A DNA stretch of 64,000 nucleotides, taken from the NCBI GenBank assembly GCA_028694155.1, contig JAQUTY010000002.1, positions 160,115 through 224,114 on the forward strand, given 5' to 3'. The position numbers and the translations under genes are program-made. This DNA comes from Eubacteriales bacterium. GTDB lineage: Bacteria; Bacillota; Clostridia; Christensenellales; CAG-138. This document shows, one piece after another, positions 55,720 through 64,000 of this stretch; the first letter of the stretch is position 1; every line of letters starts with the position of its first letter. The notes below the pieces were generated by a model. That model ran no database searches. It was given only the letters and a program-made list of their open reading frames with translations, and was not told the origin of the DNA.

Positions 55720-56442
55720 CTATTTGACTCGCTTTATAAGCTCCTTTGCAACAGCAAAGGCAGTCTCCTTGTTGTCATCGGCGACTTGGTCGATGCTCTG
55801 GTCGGTAAAGTCAATGCTGATTCCCGTAGCATAGTTGCATATTACGCCGATGGACGCATATCGCATACCCAGCTCACGAGCAAGACTGACCTCCGGCACA
55901 AGTGCCATGCCCAAAACCTGCGCTCCCAGCATTCGCATCATGCGCACCTCGCTTGCAGTTTCAAAGCGTGGCCCGTTGGCGCAGGCGTAGATTACCCTGC
56001 CTGCGTACGGAATACAGAACTTTTGAATCAGATGTTCGAGCGCATCATTGAGGCGGGGATCGAAAGCGTCCTCCATGCCTGCGTGCGCTTCGACACGGTC
56101 CTCCCTTCGGAAGCTGTCCTCACGATCGTGCGTAAAGTCGATAAAATCGTTTATCAGGCAAAATGTTCCGAGCTTGTGAGCATAGTCGCAGGTTCCAACC
56201 GATGAGATGGAAACGATGTCCGTAACTCCGAGCATTTTGAGTGCGTATATGTTGGCTCGATAGTTCGTATCACGAGCATCGTGACTGTCGCTGAAGCCGT
56301 GGCGAGAGAGGAACACAAAGTCCCTTCCGTCCTCAGTCAGCATATCGACCGCTGCCGAACCGTATGGAGTATCAATAATTTCGCTTTTTGAGTCGAACAG
56401 AGTGCGATAGGTGCTTCGTCCGCCGATAATTGCAAATTTCAT
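55720..56442 (-). CDS. mtnP: MTAP-type (PNP family 2) nucleoside phosphorylase, 5'-methylthioadenosine phosphorylase-like
   Basis: MKFAIIGG..., FLSRHG, NYRANIYALKMLGV, NGPRFET and GMALVPE are colinear with the MTAP family. The start at 56442 follows GGAGG; the track ORF extends to 56457. Confidence 0.7.
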   Translation of the reverse strand: MKFAIIGGRSTYRTLFDSKSEIIDTPYGSAAVDMLTEDGRDFVFLSRHGFSDSHDARDTNYRANIYALKMLGVTDIVSISSVGTCDYAHKLGTFCLINDFIDFTHDREDSFRREDRVEAHAGMEDAFDPRLNDALEHLIQKFCIPYAGRVIYACANGPRFETASEVRMMRMLGAQVLGMALVPEVSLARELGMRYASIGVICNYATGISIDFTDQSIDQVADDNKETAFAVAKELIKRVK

Positions 56443-56529
56443 ATATCCAACCTCCAATATTCTTCAAATATAGGATAGCATAAAATGACTTTTTTGTGTA
56501 TACTTAATTGAGAATTGGAGGAAACAATT

Positions 56530-57561
56530 TTGACCAACGATCACGATTTGGCATTTTTGCTTAAATATCGCAATGTGGCATGGTATGAGGACGGCGCAGT
56601 TCGCATTCTTGACCGCCGAGTATATCCACGCAAGAAGGTATTTGTCACCTGCCGCACCCATCAGGAGGTAGCCGAGGCTATCAGGGATATGGTGACACAG
56701 AGCTACGGGCCGTTTCAGGCGGCTTCCGTTGGCATGGCTCTTGCAGCGCATCAGTGTGCGGACAAGCCCAAGGACGAGCAGATTGCCTACCTTCAACAAG
56801 CAGCGACCCGCCTTGCAACCGCCCGTCCGACCACCGAGAAGAAGATGCGGCTCATCACCGATGGTGCGGAGCTGGCAGCAAAGAATGCGCTTGACGCAAA
56901 CCAAGACGCCGCCGATGCCATCATGGACTATACTCTGGGTTTTCTTGAGGACAAGTATTATCGCATCGCCAAGATTGGTCATTATCTTGCAGAGCGAATA
57001 CCTAAAAATGGCACGGTGATGACACAGTGCTATGCCGATTGCGATTTGGGCATGATGCTCCGTGCCTGCAAAGAGCGACAAAACGAGATAAAGCTGATTG
57101 TGCCCGAAACACGCCCCTATCTTCAGGGCGCACGCCTGACCGCCTCCGTCATTTATGATATGGGGTTCGATGTGACGCTCATCACCGATAATATGCCTGC
57201 ATTCACCATGCTGACAAAGCATGTGGATGTATTTACAACCGCAGCGGACGTTATCTGTGTGGACGGTCACATAGTCAACAAGGTGGGAACCTATCAGATT
57301 GCCATTGCAGCAAAGCGTCACGGCATACCCTACTATTGCACGGGCAATCCCAATTCCGTTCACCCCTCAATCCATTCGGTGCATATTGAGGAGCGCAACC
57401 CCGATGAGGTTCTGTGTGCCATGGGCAGAAGAACCGCAAAAAAAGGGGTCAAGGGCTACTATCCTGCGTTTGACATCACGCCGCCCGATTTGGTCACGGG
57501 TGTAGTGACCGACAAGGGAATTTTGGGGCCGTATGAGCTTCAAAACTATTATGTGATGTAG
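56530..57561 (+). CDS. eIF-2B alpha/beta/delta-family isomerase (MtnA / 5-deoxyribose-1-phosphate isomerase-like)
   Basis: AVRILDRRVYP at the N-terminus and VNKVGTYQIAIAAKRHGIPYY match the family. I prefer the TTG at 56530 after GGAGGA; the track ORF starts at 56515. The canonical THCNxGALAT block reads TQCYADCDLGMM. Confidence 0.6.
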   Translation: MTNDHDLAFLLKYRNVAWYEDGAVRILDRRVYPRKKVFVTCRTHQEVAEAIRDMVTQSYGPFQAASVGMALAAHQCADKPKDEQIAYLQQAATRLATARPTTEKKMRLITDGAELAAKNALDANQDAADAIMDYTLGFLEDKYYRIAKIGHYLAERIPKNGTVMTQCYADCDLGMMLRACKERQNEIKLIVPETRPYLQGARLTASVIYDMGFDVTLITDNMPAFTMLTKHVDVFTTAADVICVDGHIVNKVGTYQIAIAAKRHGIPYYCTGNPNSVHPSIHSVHIEERNPDEVLCAMGRRTAKKGVKGYYPAFDITPPDLVTGVVTDKGILGPYELQNYYVM

Positions 57562-57594
57562 CGCAAGCGCATACAAACTATATCAATCACAAAC

Positions 57595-57635
57595 AAATTC
57601 GTCTATTCAGGGTCAGACCCCAAATAGACGAATTT
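57595..57635. terminator. Bidirectional rho-independent terminator between convergent genes
   Basis: AAATTCGTCTATT (57595-57607) and AATAGACGAATTT (57623-57635) form a perfect 13-bp stem, extended by an inner GGGT/ACCC pairing. The flanks are A-rich on the left and T-rich on the right. Confidence 0.8.
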
Positions 57636-57651
57636 TGTATGTGCGGTGCGA

Positions 57652-58719
57652 TTATGCTAAGGTCATTGTCCAGTTATGCTCGTCAAAAATGCGCCCCGTC
57701 TGTATTCCGGTCAGCGTATCATACATGAACTGGGAGATGGGCCCAATGTCATTGCCCAGTGTCATCACCTGATCTTTGAACACCATTTCTCCGATGGGTG
57801 ATATGACCGCAGCAGTGCCTGTACCAAACGCCTCGGTGAGCTTGCCGACCTTGTAGGCATCGAGCAGCTCATACACCGAAATCTGCCTCTCCTCCACAGG
57901 AATACCCTTGTCACGAGCAAGCTGAAGCACCGAATCACGGGTGATTCCCGCAAGAATACTGCCCGAAAGCGAAGGCGTGATGAGCTTGCCATCAATGATG
58001 AATGCCACATTCATTGCGCCAACCTCCTCAACGTAGCGGTTCTTCTTGCCGTCCAGCCAAAGCACCTGGTCGAAGCCGTGCTTTTTGGCGTCCTCTGCGG
58101 CACGAAGCGAGCAGGCATAGTTGCCGCCCGTTTTGGCTCCACCGGTTCCGCCCTTGACGGAGCGAACATAGTTTGGCTCAATGTGAATCTTTATCGGCGC
58201 AAGTCCATGCTCATAGTACGCACCCGATGGTGAGCAAATGATGAAATATATGTAGCGAGGTGCGGCGTGTACGCCAAGCGTGTTTCCCTCGGCAATTATG
58301 GTGGGTCTTAGATACAACGAGGTGCCCTTGCTCTTTGGAACCCAGTCCTTTTCGACCTCTACGATTTTCTTGATTGCTTCAAGCTGTATATCTGGGTCAA
58401 GCGGAGGAATGCACATACGCTCTGCGCTTCTGTTCATGCGCTTTGCGTTTTCCATCGGACGGAACAGACCGATGCGCCCGTCCTCATAGCGATATGCCTT
58501 CATGCCCTCAAATATCTCCTGAGCATAGTGCAGCACAGGCGAGGCAGGGTCAATCTGCAGTGGGCCGTACGGCTGAATACGAGCATTCTGCCAACCGTCA
58601 TTTTCGTTATACTCCATAATGAACATGTGGTCGGTGAAACGCTTGCAAAAGCCCAACCCTGCTTCGGATTGTGGCTTTGCCTTGGGATTTTGTGTGCGAA
58701 GTACAGGAATATCCATCAT
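57652..58719 (-). CDS. ilvE: Branched-chain amino acid aminotransferase (class IV)
   Basis: EGMKAYR, RPMENAKRM and GGTGGAKTGGNYA are present. The start at 58719 (MMDIPVL) follows AAGGAGG; the track ORF extends to 58764. Confidence 0.88.
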   Translation of the reverse strand: MMDIPVLRTQNPKAKPQSEAGLGFCKRFTDHMFIMEYNENDGWQNARIQPYGPLQIDPASPVLHYAQEIFEGMKAYRYEDGRIGLFRPMENAKRMNRSAERMCIPPLDPDIQLEAIKKIVEVEKDWVPKSKGTSLYLRPTIIAEGNTLGVHAAPRYIYFIICSPSGAYYEHGLAPIKIHIEPNYVRSVKGGTGGAKTGGNYACSLRAAEDAKKHGFDQVLWLDGKKNRYVEEVGAMNVAFIIDGKLITPSLSGSILAGITRDSVLQLARDKGIPVEERQISVYELLDAYKVGKLTEAFGTGTAAVISPIGEMVFKDQVMTLGNDIGPISQFMYDTLTGIQTGRIFDEHNWTMTLA

Positions 58720-58726
58720 ATCCTCC

Positions 58727-59263
58727 TTATTTGATACATGCGGCGCCACGGCGCAGCGCTTCAATGTTCAATTCGACAAGAGCCGCCTTGGGGCCTGTGA
58801 ACATATGCACGAGCATCTCTCGAATTGTCTCTACGCTCACTACCTTTGTAGCCTCAATGTACGCTCCAAGCATAACCATGTTTGCTACCTTCAGATTGCC
58901 TAGCTCTGTGGCTATCTCAAGGCAGGGAATATATGCGCTTGTCACATCTGTTCTTGTTGTCTTAATCTCAATAATCGAGCTGTTGACAAGGATAAGTCCC
59001 CCTGCCGTTACAGCAGGTTCGAACTTTATAAGCGATGGCTTGTTCATGGCAATAAGCTCTGTGGGATTCTGCACCAGCGGAGAAATAATGGGATTATGGG
59101 AGAGAACCACGGAGCAATTAGCCGTGCCGCCACGCATCTCAGGTCCATAGCTTGGAAGCCACGAAACGTCCATGCCCTCCTTCATTCCTGCCTCGGCTAT
59201 GGACTTGCCAATAGCCATGACGCCCTGACCTCCAAAGCCCGAAATAATTATTTCATGTGTCAT
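58727..59263 (-). CDS. 2-oxoacid:ferredoxin oxidoreductase, gamma subunit
   Basis: MTHEIIISGFGGQGVMAIGK is the typical gamma-subunit N-terminus. An ATGA overlap joins it to the beta subunit. Confidence 0.85.
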   Translation of the reverse strand: MTHEIIISGFGGQGVMAIGKSIAEAGMKEGMDVSWLPSYGPEMRGGTANCSVVLSHNPIISPLVQNPTELIAMNKPSLIKFEPAVTAGGLILVNSSIIEIKTTRTDVTSAYIPCLEIATELGNLKVANMVMLGAYIEATKVVSVETIREMLVHMFTGPKAALVELNIEALRRGAACIK

Positions 59264-60009
59264 TTTGCTTCCTCCGTTCTGTTGGCATATACGCCAAGAG
59301 GATAGTAAGGTATCATGTTGTCCTTGAGCCAATCAATCGCTTTTAGCGGTGACAGTCCCCAGTTGGTGGGACAGGTTGACAGCACCTCCACAAAGGTGAA
59401 GCCTGCGCCCTGCTGCTGAAGTGTAAACGCCTTTTTAATCGCCTTCTTTGCCTTGACAACGTTTGCAACGTCCGTAACCGTGACACGCTCGGCATAGGTG
59501 CAGCCGTCAATGGTGGACAGCATTTCACACATGCGTATGGGCGAGCCGTAATGCTCCTTCTGCCTGCCATATGGTGCGGTGGTCGCCTTCTGACCTACAA
59601 GCGTAGTGGGGGCCATCTGTCCGCCTGTCATTCCGTAGATTGCATTGTTGACAAAGATTGTTGTAATCTTTTCTCCACGCATTGCGGCGTGAACAATCTC
59701 TGCCGTTCCGATAGCGGCAAGGTCGCCATCGCCCTGATAGGTGAACACGCTAAGATCGGGATGAGTGCGCTTCACGCCTGTTGCAACTGCGGGAGCTCTG
59801 CCGTGAGCCGCTTCCATCATGTCGCAGGTGAAGTAGTTGTAAGCAAACACCGAACAGCCCACAGGAGCGATGCCCACGGTCGTACCGATGATGCCAAGCT
59901 CCTCCAGCGTTTCGGCTACCAGCTTGTGAATGATGCCGTGCGTACAGCCGGGGCAATAGTGCAGCTCGGCGTCCGTCAATGCCTTGGATTTTTGATAAAC
60001 AATAGCCAT
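59260..60009 (-). CDS. 2-oxoacid:ferredoxin oxidoreductase, beta (TPP-binding) subunit
   Basis: HYCPGCTHG, the TPP motif GDGDLAAIG and IFVNNAIYGMTGGQ are present. The start is at MAIVYQKS. Confidence 0.88.
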   Translation of the reverse strand: MAIVYQKSKALTDAELHYCPGCTHGIIHKLVAETLEELGIIGTTVGIAPVGCSVFAYNYFTCDMMEAAHGRAPAVATGVKRTHPDLSVFTYQGDGDLAAIGTAEIVHAAMRGEKITTIFVNNAIYGMTGGQMAPTTLVGQKATTAPYGRQKEHYGSPIRMCEMLSTIDGCTYAERVTVTDVANVVKAKKAIKKAFTLQQQGAGFTFVEVLSTCPTNWGLSPLKAIDWLKDNMIPYYPLGVYANRTEEAK

Positions 60010-60010
60010 A

Positions 60011-61075
60011 CTATTTACCTCCCACCACTGTAACAATCTTTTGAACTATCTGCTGCGGTGTGGGTATCGTGCCGCCGCCCGTTCCGAAGAACTCAACAGG
60101 CTTAATGCCGTTGACCGCAATTTTTACGTCATCTACCATCTGACCCATGCTCATCTCTACTGTGACGACAGCCTTTACAGAGGGCTTTTGCGCCTCGTCA
60201 TGCAGGGCCTTTTCGGGGAAGGGCCACAGAGTAATGGGGCGGAACAGCGATGCCTTGATGCCCTTTTCCTTTAGCTGAATGCAGGCGGCTCTTGCAATGC
60301 GGCTTGTCGTGCCGTATGCAACCAGTACCACCTCGGGCTCCTCATCTCCGCTTAAATCGTAGCGAATCTCGTTTTGAGTAATCGCGCGGTATTTCTCCTC
60401 CAGCTTCTTGTTCTGAACCGTGCAGTCGCCGGCATCAATGAACAGAGAATTGATGATATTATGCTCACGCTTGTCAAATGTGCCGTTTGCAGCCCATGTC
60501 TTTTGGGGCAGCTCACGCTTTTTGGGATCACGCCATTCGATTGCTTCCATCATCTGACCTATCATACCGTCTGCAAGTACAACGACAGGGTTGCGATAGT
60601 AATCGGCTATATCAAACGCCTCTTGAACAAGGTCGGCAGCCTCCTGAATGGTCGCAGGAGCAAGCACAACGGTGCGGTAGTCGCCGTTTCCTCCGCCTCT
60701 GGTGGCCTGAAAATAATCCGCCTGCGAGGGTGCGATATTGCCAAGACCGGGGCCGCCACGCATCATGTTGACTATGACGGCAGGCAACTCTGCACAAGCG
60801 ATATAGGTGATGCCCTCCTGCTTGAGACTTATGCCGGGGGACGAGGACGAGGTCATCACTCGTGCGCCGCTTCCTGCTGCGCCATAGACCATGTTGATGG
60901 CCGCAATCTCGCTCTCCGCCTGAATGAAGCAACCGCCTACCAATGGCAGATGCTTAGAAAAATACTCTGGGATTTCATTTTGCGGCGTGATAGGATAGCC
61001 GAAAAAGTACTTGCAGCCTGCTCGAATTGCCGCCTGTGCGACCGCCTCATTGCCTTTCCACAGTTCCTTTGCCAT
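60011..61075 (-). CDS. 2-oxoacid:ferredoxin oxidoreductase, alpha subunit
   Basis: MAKELWKGNEAVAQAAIRAGC..FGYPITPQNEI...QAESEIAAINMVYGAA is typical of KorA/VorB-type alpha subunits. Confidence 0.88.
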   Translation of the reverse strand: MAKELWKGNEAVAQAAIRAGCKYFFGYPITPQNEIPEYFSKHLPLVGGCFIQAESEIAAINMVYGAAGSGARVMTSSSSPGISLKQEGITYIACAELPAVIVNMMRGGPGLGNIAPSQADYFQATRGGGNGDYRTVVLAPATIQEAADLVQEAFDIADYYRNPVVVLADGMIGQMMEAIEWRDPKKRELPQKTWAANGTFDKREHNIINSLFIDAGDCTVQNKKLEEKYRAITQNEIRYDLSGDEEPEVVLVAYGTTSRIARAACIQLKEKGIKASLFRPITLWPFPEKALHDEAQKPSVKAVVTVEMSMGQMVDDVKIAVNGIKPVEFFGTGGGTIPTPQQIVQKIVTVVGGK

Positions 61076-61077
61076 AG

Positions 61078-61293
61078 CTATATCCCCCTTTCTACGGTGA
61101 TGATTGAGTCGGGACACATCCTTGCGCAGCTTGCACAACCCGTGCATTGGCTCATGTCAAGAACCGTTGCAGGATGATACCCCTTTCGGTTTGTGGACAC
61201 ACCATCGATGGACACGATGTGCTTGGGACACGCCGAGACGCAGAGCTCACAGCCCTTGCATCTGTCCCTGTCAAATGTCACTTTTGCTGCCAT
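61078..61293 (-). CDS. 4Fe-4S ferredoxin-type delta subunit
   Basis: Two cluster motifs are present, CKGCELCVSACP and CTGCASCARMCP. GGGAGGAAG lies upstream. Confidence 0.88.
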   Translation of the reverse strand: MAAKVTFDRDRCKGCELCVSACPKHIVSIDGVSTNRKGYHPATVLDMSQCTGCASCARMCPDSIITVERGI

Positions 61294-61945
61294 TAAATTC
61301 TTCCTCCCATGGTTTATTCATGAAAATATCCATCAAAAACAGGTCGCCGATGTTTTGCGCCTGCTTCAACAGCCTTCGTGGAGCTGTATTGTATCTCAAC
61401 GGAATGCCCGTGATGCTTGCAACCTTTTTTGAAAGGTCTGCGCCACGCATTATATCCTCTATGCTCGTGTCGCCCAGCAGATGAGTATTGTTGACAAGTC
61501 CCGTGACAATTAGATGCGAGCTTTGCTCGATTGCACCAATGTAGTCAATCGCTCGTTCAACCGTGCCAACCTCAGGACGATTGAAGTTCAAAACACACAA
61601 TAACTCATGCGGCGTTCGGGCAAAATCCTTTTCGTATCTTGCAAGAACCCTTGCGCCCACGGAATCGCCGCCAACGTCCATAATTCCGCACACATTATCT
61701 TCAAACATCGTCAGTATCTCCGCAGGCAGCGCAGGAATATCAATCTGCATTCCGCCCAAAGATACAATTACGCGCAAGCCAAGCTCCTCCAAGGTCTGCT
61801 TGCGCTCACGCGTACAAAAATATGGATTGACAATATCAAGGTCGGCAATGGTGACGGGTAACCCCTCTGCCCGTTTTGACAGGGCGTAGTTGATGGCAAA
61901 TTCGGTTTTTCCGCAGCCATAGTGTCCCGTTATCGCCGTAAGCAT
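61271..61945 (-). CDS. P-loop NTPase of unknown function, encoded between buk and the oxidoreductase genes
   Basis: Walker A is GHYGCGKT. DLDIVNPYF and the DVGGD (Walker B-like) motif are present. Length is 224 aa. Its 3' end overlaps the delta-subunit start by 23 nt, and its start overlaps the buk stop. Confidence 0.6.
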   Translation of the reverse strand: MLTAITGHYGCGKTEFAINYALSKRAEGLPVTIADLDIVNPYFCTRERKQTLEELGLRVIVSLGGMQIDIPALPAEILTMFEDNVCGIMDVGGDSVGARVLARYEKDFARTPHELLCVLNFNRPEVGTVERAIDYIGAIEQSSHLIVTGLVNNTHLLGDTSIEDIMRGADLSKKVASITGIPLRYNTAPRRLLKQAQNIGDLFLMDIFMNKPWEEEFNGSKSDI

Positions 61946-63009
61946 CAGTAGACTAACGCCTCCTCTTCATGGTTAAGCACTCTTAGTGTCGCTTCCACAA
62001 GGGCTATCATCTCGTCCTCGCCCGGAATGACTACCGCAGGTGCAATGTAGCTGGTGCGCTCGGATATCCAGTCGGTGATGAGCTTATCATAGGCAAGTCC
62101 GCCCGTTAGGATTATTGCGTCCACCTCGCCTTTTAGCACGGTTGCTGCCGCCCCAATCTCCTTTGCGGTCTGATAGGCAAGCCCCTCATATATTAAACGT
62201 GCCTTTTGGTCGCCTCTTTCAACCATCTGGCTCACGGTTTTTCCATCGTTGGTACCAAGATACCCTGCCAATCCGCCCTTTGTAATAAAGTAGCGCATGA
62301 CCTTCTGTGGTGTGTCGAACCTGCCGTCAAAGCAGATATTGATTATATCCCTTGCAGGAAGCGAACCGCAGCGTTCGGCAGAGTATGGGCCATCGCCGTG
62401 CAGCCCGTTGTTGCAGTCCACAACCTTGCCCTTTTTATGTGCGCCCACGGTAACGCCTCCGCCCATGTGCGCCACGATTAAATTCAGCTCGTTATAGCTG
62501 CGTCCGATTGATTTTGCATAACGCTTTGATACCGCCTTCTGGTTTAGAACATGAAATACCGCTACACGTTCAACCTCAGGCAGTCCCGACAGCCGTGCCA
62601 GCGGCTCGAACTCATCGGATACAGGCGGATCGGCGATATAGGCAGGAATGCCGAACTGATTGCCGATGGTTTTTGCTATGTCTGCGGCAAGATTGCAGGC
62701 GTGGTCGCCATACTTGCAGGAGCGCAAATCCTTTATCATCGCATCGTTTACGATGTAAGTTCCGCTGATTAGCGGACGTGTCAGTCCGCCCCTGCCCACA
62801 ACGGCATCCAAATCAGCAGGCGATACACCATGCTCGCTAAGTGCTTGTTCAATCACCCGTGTTCTGAATTTGAAAGCGATTATGTTGTCCGTACAATCTG
62901 CAAGCTCCTCTGCACTGTGATGCAGACTCAGCTTGAAAATGGGAGTGGTATCGTCATAAACGGCAATCTTTGTGGAGGTGGAGCCGGGGTTTATTGCAAG
63001 TATTTTCAT
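61945..63009 (-). CDS. buk: Butyrate (branched-chain fatty acid) kinase
   Basis: MKILAINPGSTSTKIAVY and the ASKHA-fold acetate/butyrate kinase pattern are present. It overlaps ptb by 4 nt. Confidence 0.9.
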   Translation of the reverse strand: MKILAINPGSTSTKIAVYDDTTPIFKLSLHHSAEELADCTDNIIAFKFRTRVIEQALSEHGVSPADLDAVVGRGGLTRPLISGTYIVNDAMIKDLRSCKYGDHACNLAADIAKTIGNQFGIPAYIADPPVSDEFEPLARLSGLPEVERVAVFHVLNQKAVSKRYAKSIGRSYNELNLIVAHMGGGVTVGAHKKGKVVDCNNGLHGDGPYSAERCGSLPARDIINICFDGRFDTPQKVMRYFITKGGLAGYLGTNDGKTVSQMVERGDQKARLIYEGLAYQTAKEIGAAATVLKGEVDAIILTGGLAYDKLITDWISERTSYIAPAVVIPGEDEMIALVEATLRVLNHEEEALVY

Positions 63010-63923
63010 TGTTGTGTCCTCTCCATAAGAGCTATTTTAATGGCAAGTGCGATGGAGTTTATTTTTGTGTCCTCGAGGTCGGAACGTGAGGTAAGTATGA
63101 CCGGCACCTTTGCGCCCACCACTACGCCTGCATTGCGAGCCTTTGCAAGATGAACAAGGCTCTTGTAGAGCACGTTGCCCGTTTCGATGTTGGGCATCAA
63201 AAGAATGTTCGCCCTGCCTGCCAAAGGATCGGTTATGCCCTTGTGCTGGGCTGCTTCCCAAAAAAGCGCATTGTCCAGAGCCAACGGCCCCGTAACTTGG
63301 CACCCACTAATGATGCCCTCGGCGTTTCGCCTTTGCAGCTCCGTTGCGTCCACGGTGGGCGGCATTTTGGGGTTGAGCTTTTCAATAGCGCACACGCAAG
63401 CAACGATGGGATTTTCAATCTCCAACGCCCTTGCTACGACCAATGAATTTTCGATTATGGTTTGCTTCTGATCAACGTCGGGATACATGTTCAACGCAAC
63501 GTCGCTCACGGTGATCAGATTTTCATATGTGGGAGCTTCAAAAACGCTGACGTGCGACAGCATCGGGGCTTCTCGAATACCCGCTTCCTTGTCCAATACT
63601 GCTCTTAGATATACCGAGGTGTCCACCAAGCCCTTCATTACGACCTGTGTCTTGCCCTCTTTTGCAAGCAGGACTGCATGCTTGCACGCTTCGGCTTTGT
63701 CTGGTACGTCAATGATTGTAAATCCATCAAGGGATATGCCCTTCTCGAATGAGATGCGCTCTATCTCGGATCTGCTTCCGACTATAATTGCTGAACAAAC
63801 GCCAATGTCAACGGCTTTTCTCAATGCCCCAAGAACGTACTCATCCTCGGCTGCTGCTACGGATATCGTTGGACTCCAAGTGGACAGAACTGCATCAAGC
63901 AGGGAATCAAAGCTGTTTATCAC
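63006..63923 (-). CDS. ptb: Phosphate butyryltransferase (phosphotransacylase family)
   Basis: The 305-aa PTA/PTB-family pattern is present (VMKGLVDT, NAGVVVGAKVPVILTSRSD). The gene sits directly upstream of buk. Confidence 0.88.
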   Translation of the reverse strand: MINSFDSLLDAVLSTWSPTISVAAAEDEYVLGALRKAVDIGVCSAIIVGSRSEIERISFEKGISLDGFTIIDVPDKAEACKHAVLLAKEGKTQVVMKGLVDTSVYLRAVLDKEAGIREAPMLSHVSVFEAPTYENLITVSDVALNMYPDVDQKQTIIENSLVVARALEIENPIVACVCAIEKLNPKMPPTVDATELQRRNAEGIISGCQVTGPLALDNALFWEAAQHKGITDPLAGRANILLMPNIETGNVLYKSLVHLAKARNAGVVVGAKVPVILTSRSDLEDTKINSIALAIKIALMERTQQ

Positions 63924-64000
63924 GGCAAACTCCTTATTTCTACGTTGTCTGAGAAATCACTACTTGTCTGATGTCAGTATATCTGATATAATACAATATG

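Noticed and set aside
56464-57363. A 299-aa minus-strand ORF opposite the MtnA-like gene. Similar antisense ORFs lie at 3580..4389, 7163..7753, 46951..47676 and 60374..61177.
   Set aside because: All lie antisense to genes with strong family motifs. None has a ribosome-binding site or motifs of its own. I treat them as frame artefacts.
1-64000. A search by eye for tRNA/rRNA genes, transposases, integrases, phage genes, cas genes or restriction-modification systems.
   Set aside because: None found. The only mobile-element-like signal is the repeat/DUF559 region at 54.3-55.2 kb. Small structured RNAs cannot be excluded without covariance-model searches.

Overview
The window looks like a 64-kb chromosomal segment of a Gram-positive anaerobe, probably Clostridia (Oscillospiraceae/Ruminococcaceae-like). 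That taxon call is inferred only from gene content and operon style. Coding density is high and most genes are recognisable housekeeping genes. I found no rRNA, tRNA, CRISPR array, transposase, integrase or prophage genes.

Left to right, the window contains:
- A tandem array of three PAP2-like membrane-protein paralogs.
- An NlpC/P60-like lipoprotein whose catalytic residues are all substituted.
- dagK, a membrane-anchored unknown and cvpA.
- A parE-parC-like type IIA topoisomerase pair, a GH3 hexosaminidase-like lipoprotein and an HtrA protease.
- A lipid operon: DAK2/YloV, DegV, a GNAT-like protein, plsX, acpP and a diacylglycerol glycosyltransferase.
- A TetR regulator paired with a membrane protein.
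- Two divergent LacI regulators. One heads a tightly packed ten-gene operon (22.3-31.9 kb).
- An ArsR / ArsP-like permease / thioredoxin-like trio.
- A 14-kb co-directional block: uppP, an S4 protein, fused ispDF, uvrA, a DUF218 protein, thpR, addB, addA and an rRNA m5C methylase.
- A DUF4358 / MBOAT / DHHW surface O-acylation trio, then a Na/Pi cotransporter.
- A dense nest of palindromic repeats enclosing a DUF559 endonuclease gene (54.3-55.2 kb).
- A divergent MTAP-like / MtnA-like gene pair.
- A ptb-buk-NTPase-vorDABC-ilvE operon for branched-chain amino acid fermentation.

The best candidate for something undescribed is the ten-gene operon at 22.3-31.9 kb. It joins a polar-amino-acid ABC importer, an alanine-racemase homolog and a class I aminotransferase to a sugar module. 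The sugar module has a non-DHDPS DapA-family aldolase, a ribokinase-like kinase, a CBS-less KdsD/KpsF-type arabinose-5-phosphate-isomerase-like SIS protein and a FucU/RbsD mutarotase. I know of no characterised pathway with this combination. The function proposed below is inference, not observation.

The second candidate is the MITE-like repeat/DUF559 structure. All coordinates and motifs were read by eye from the sequence and the ORF track. No database search was run.
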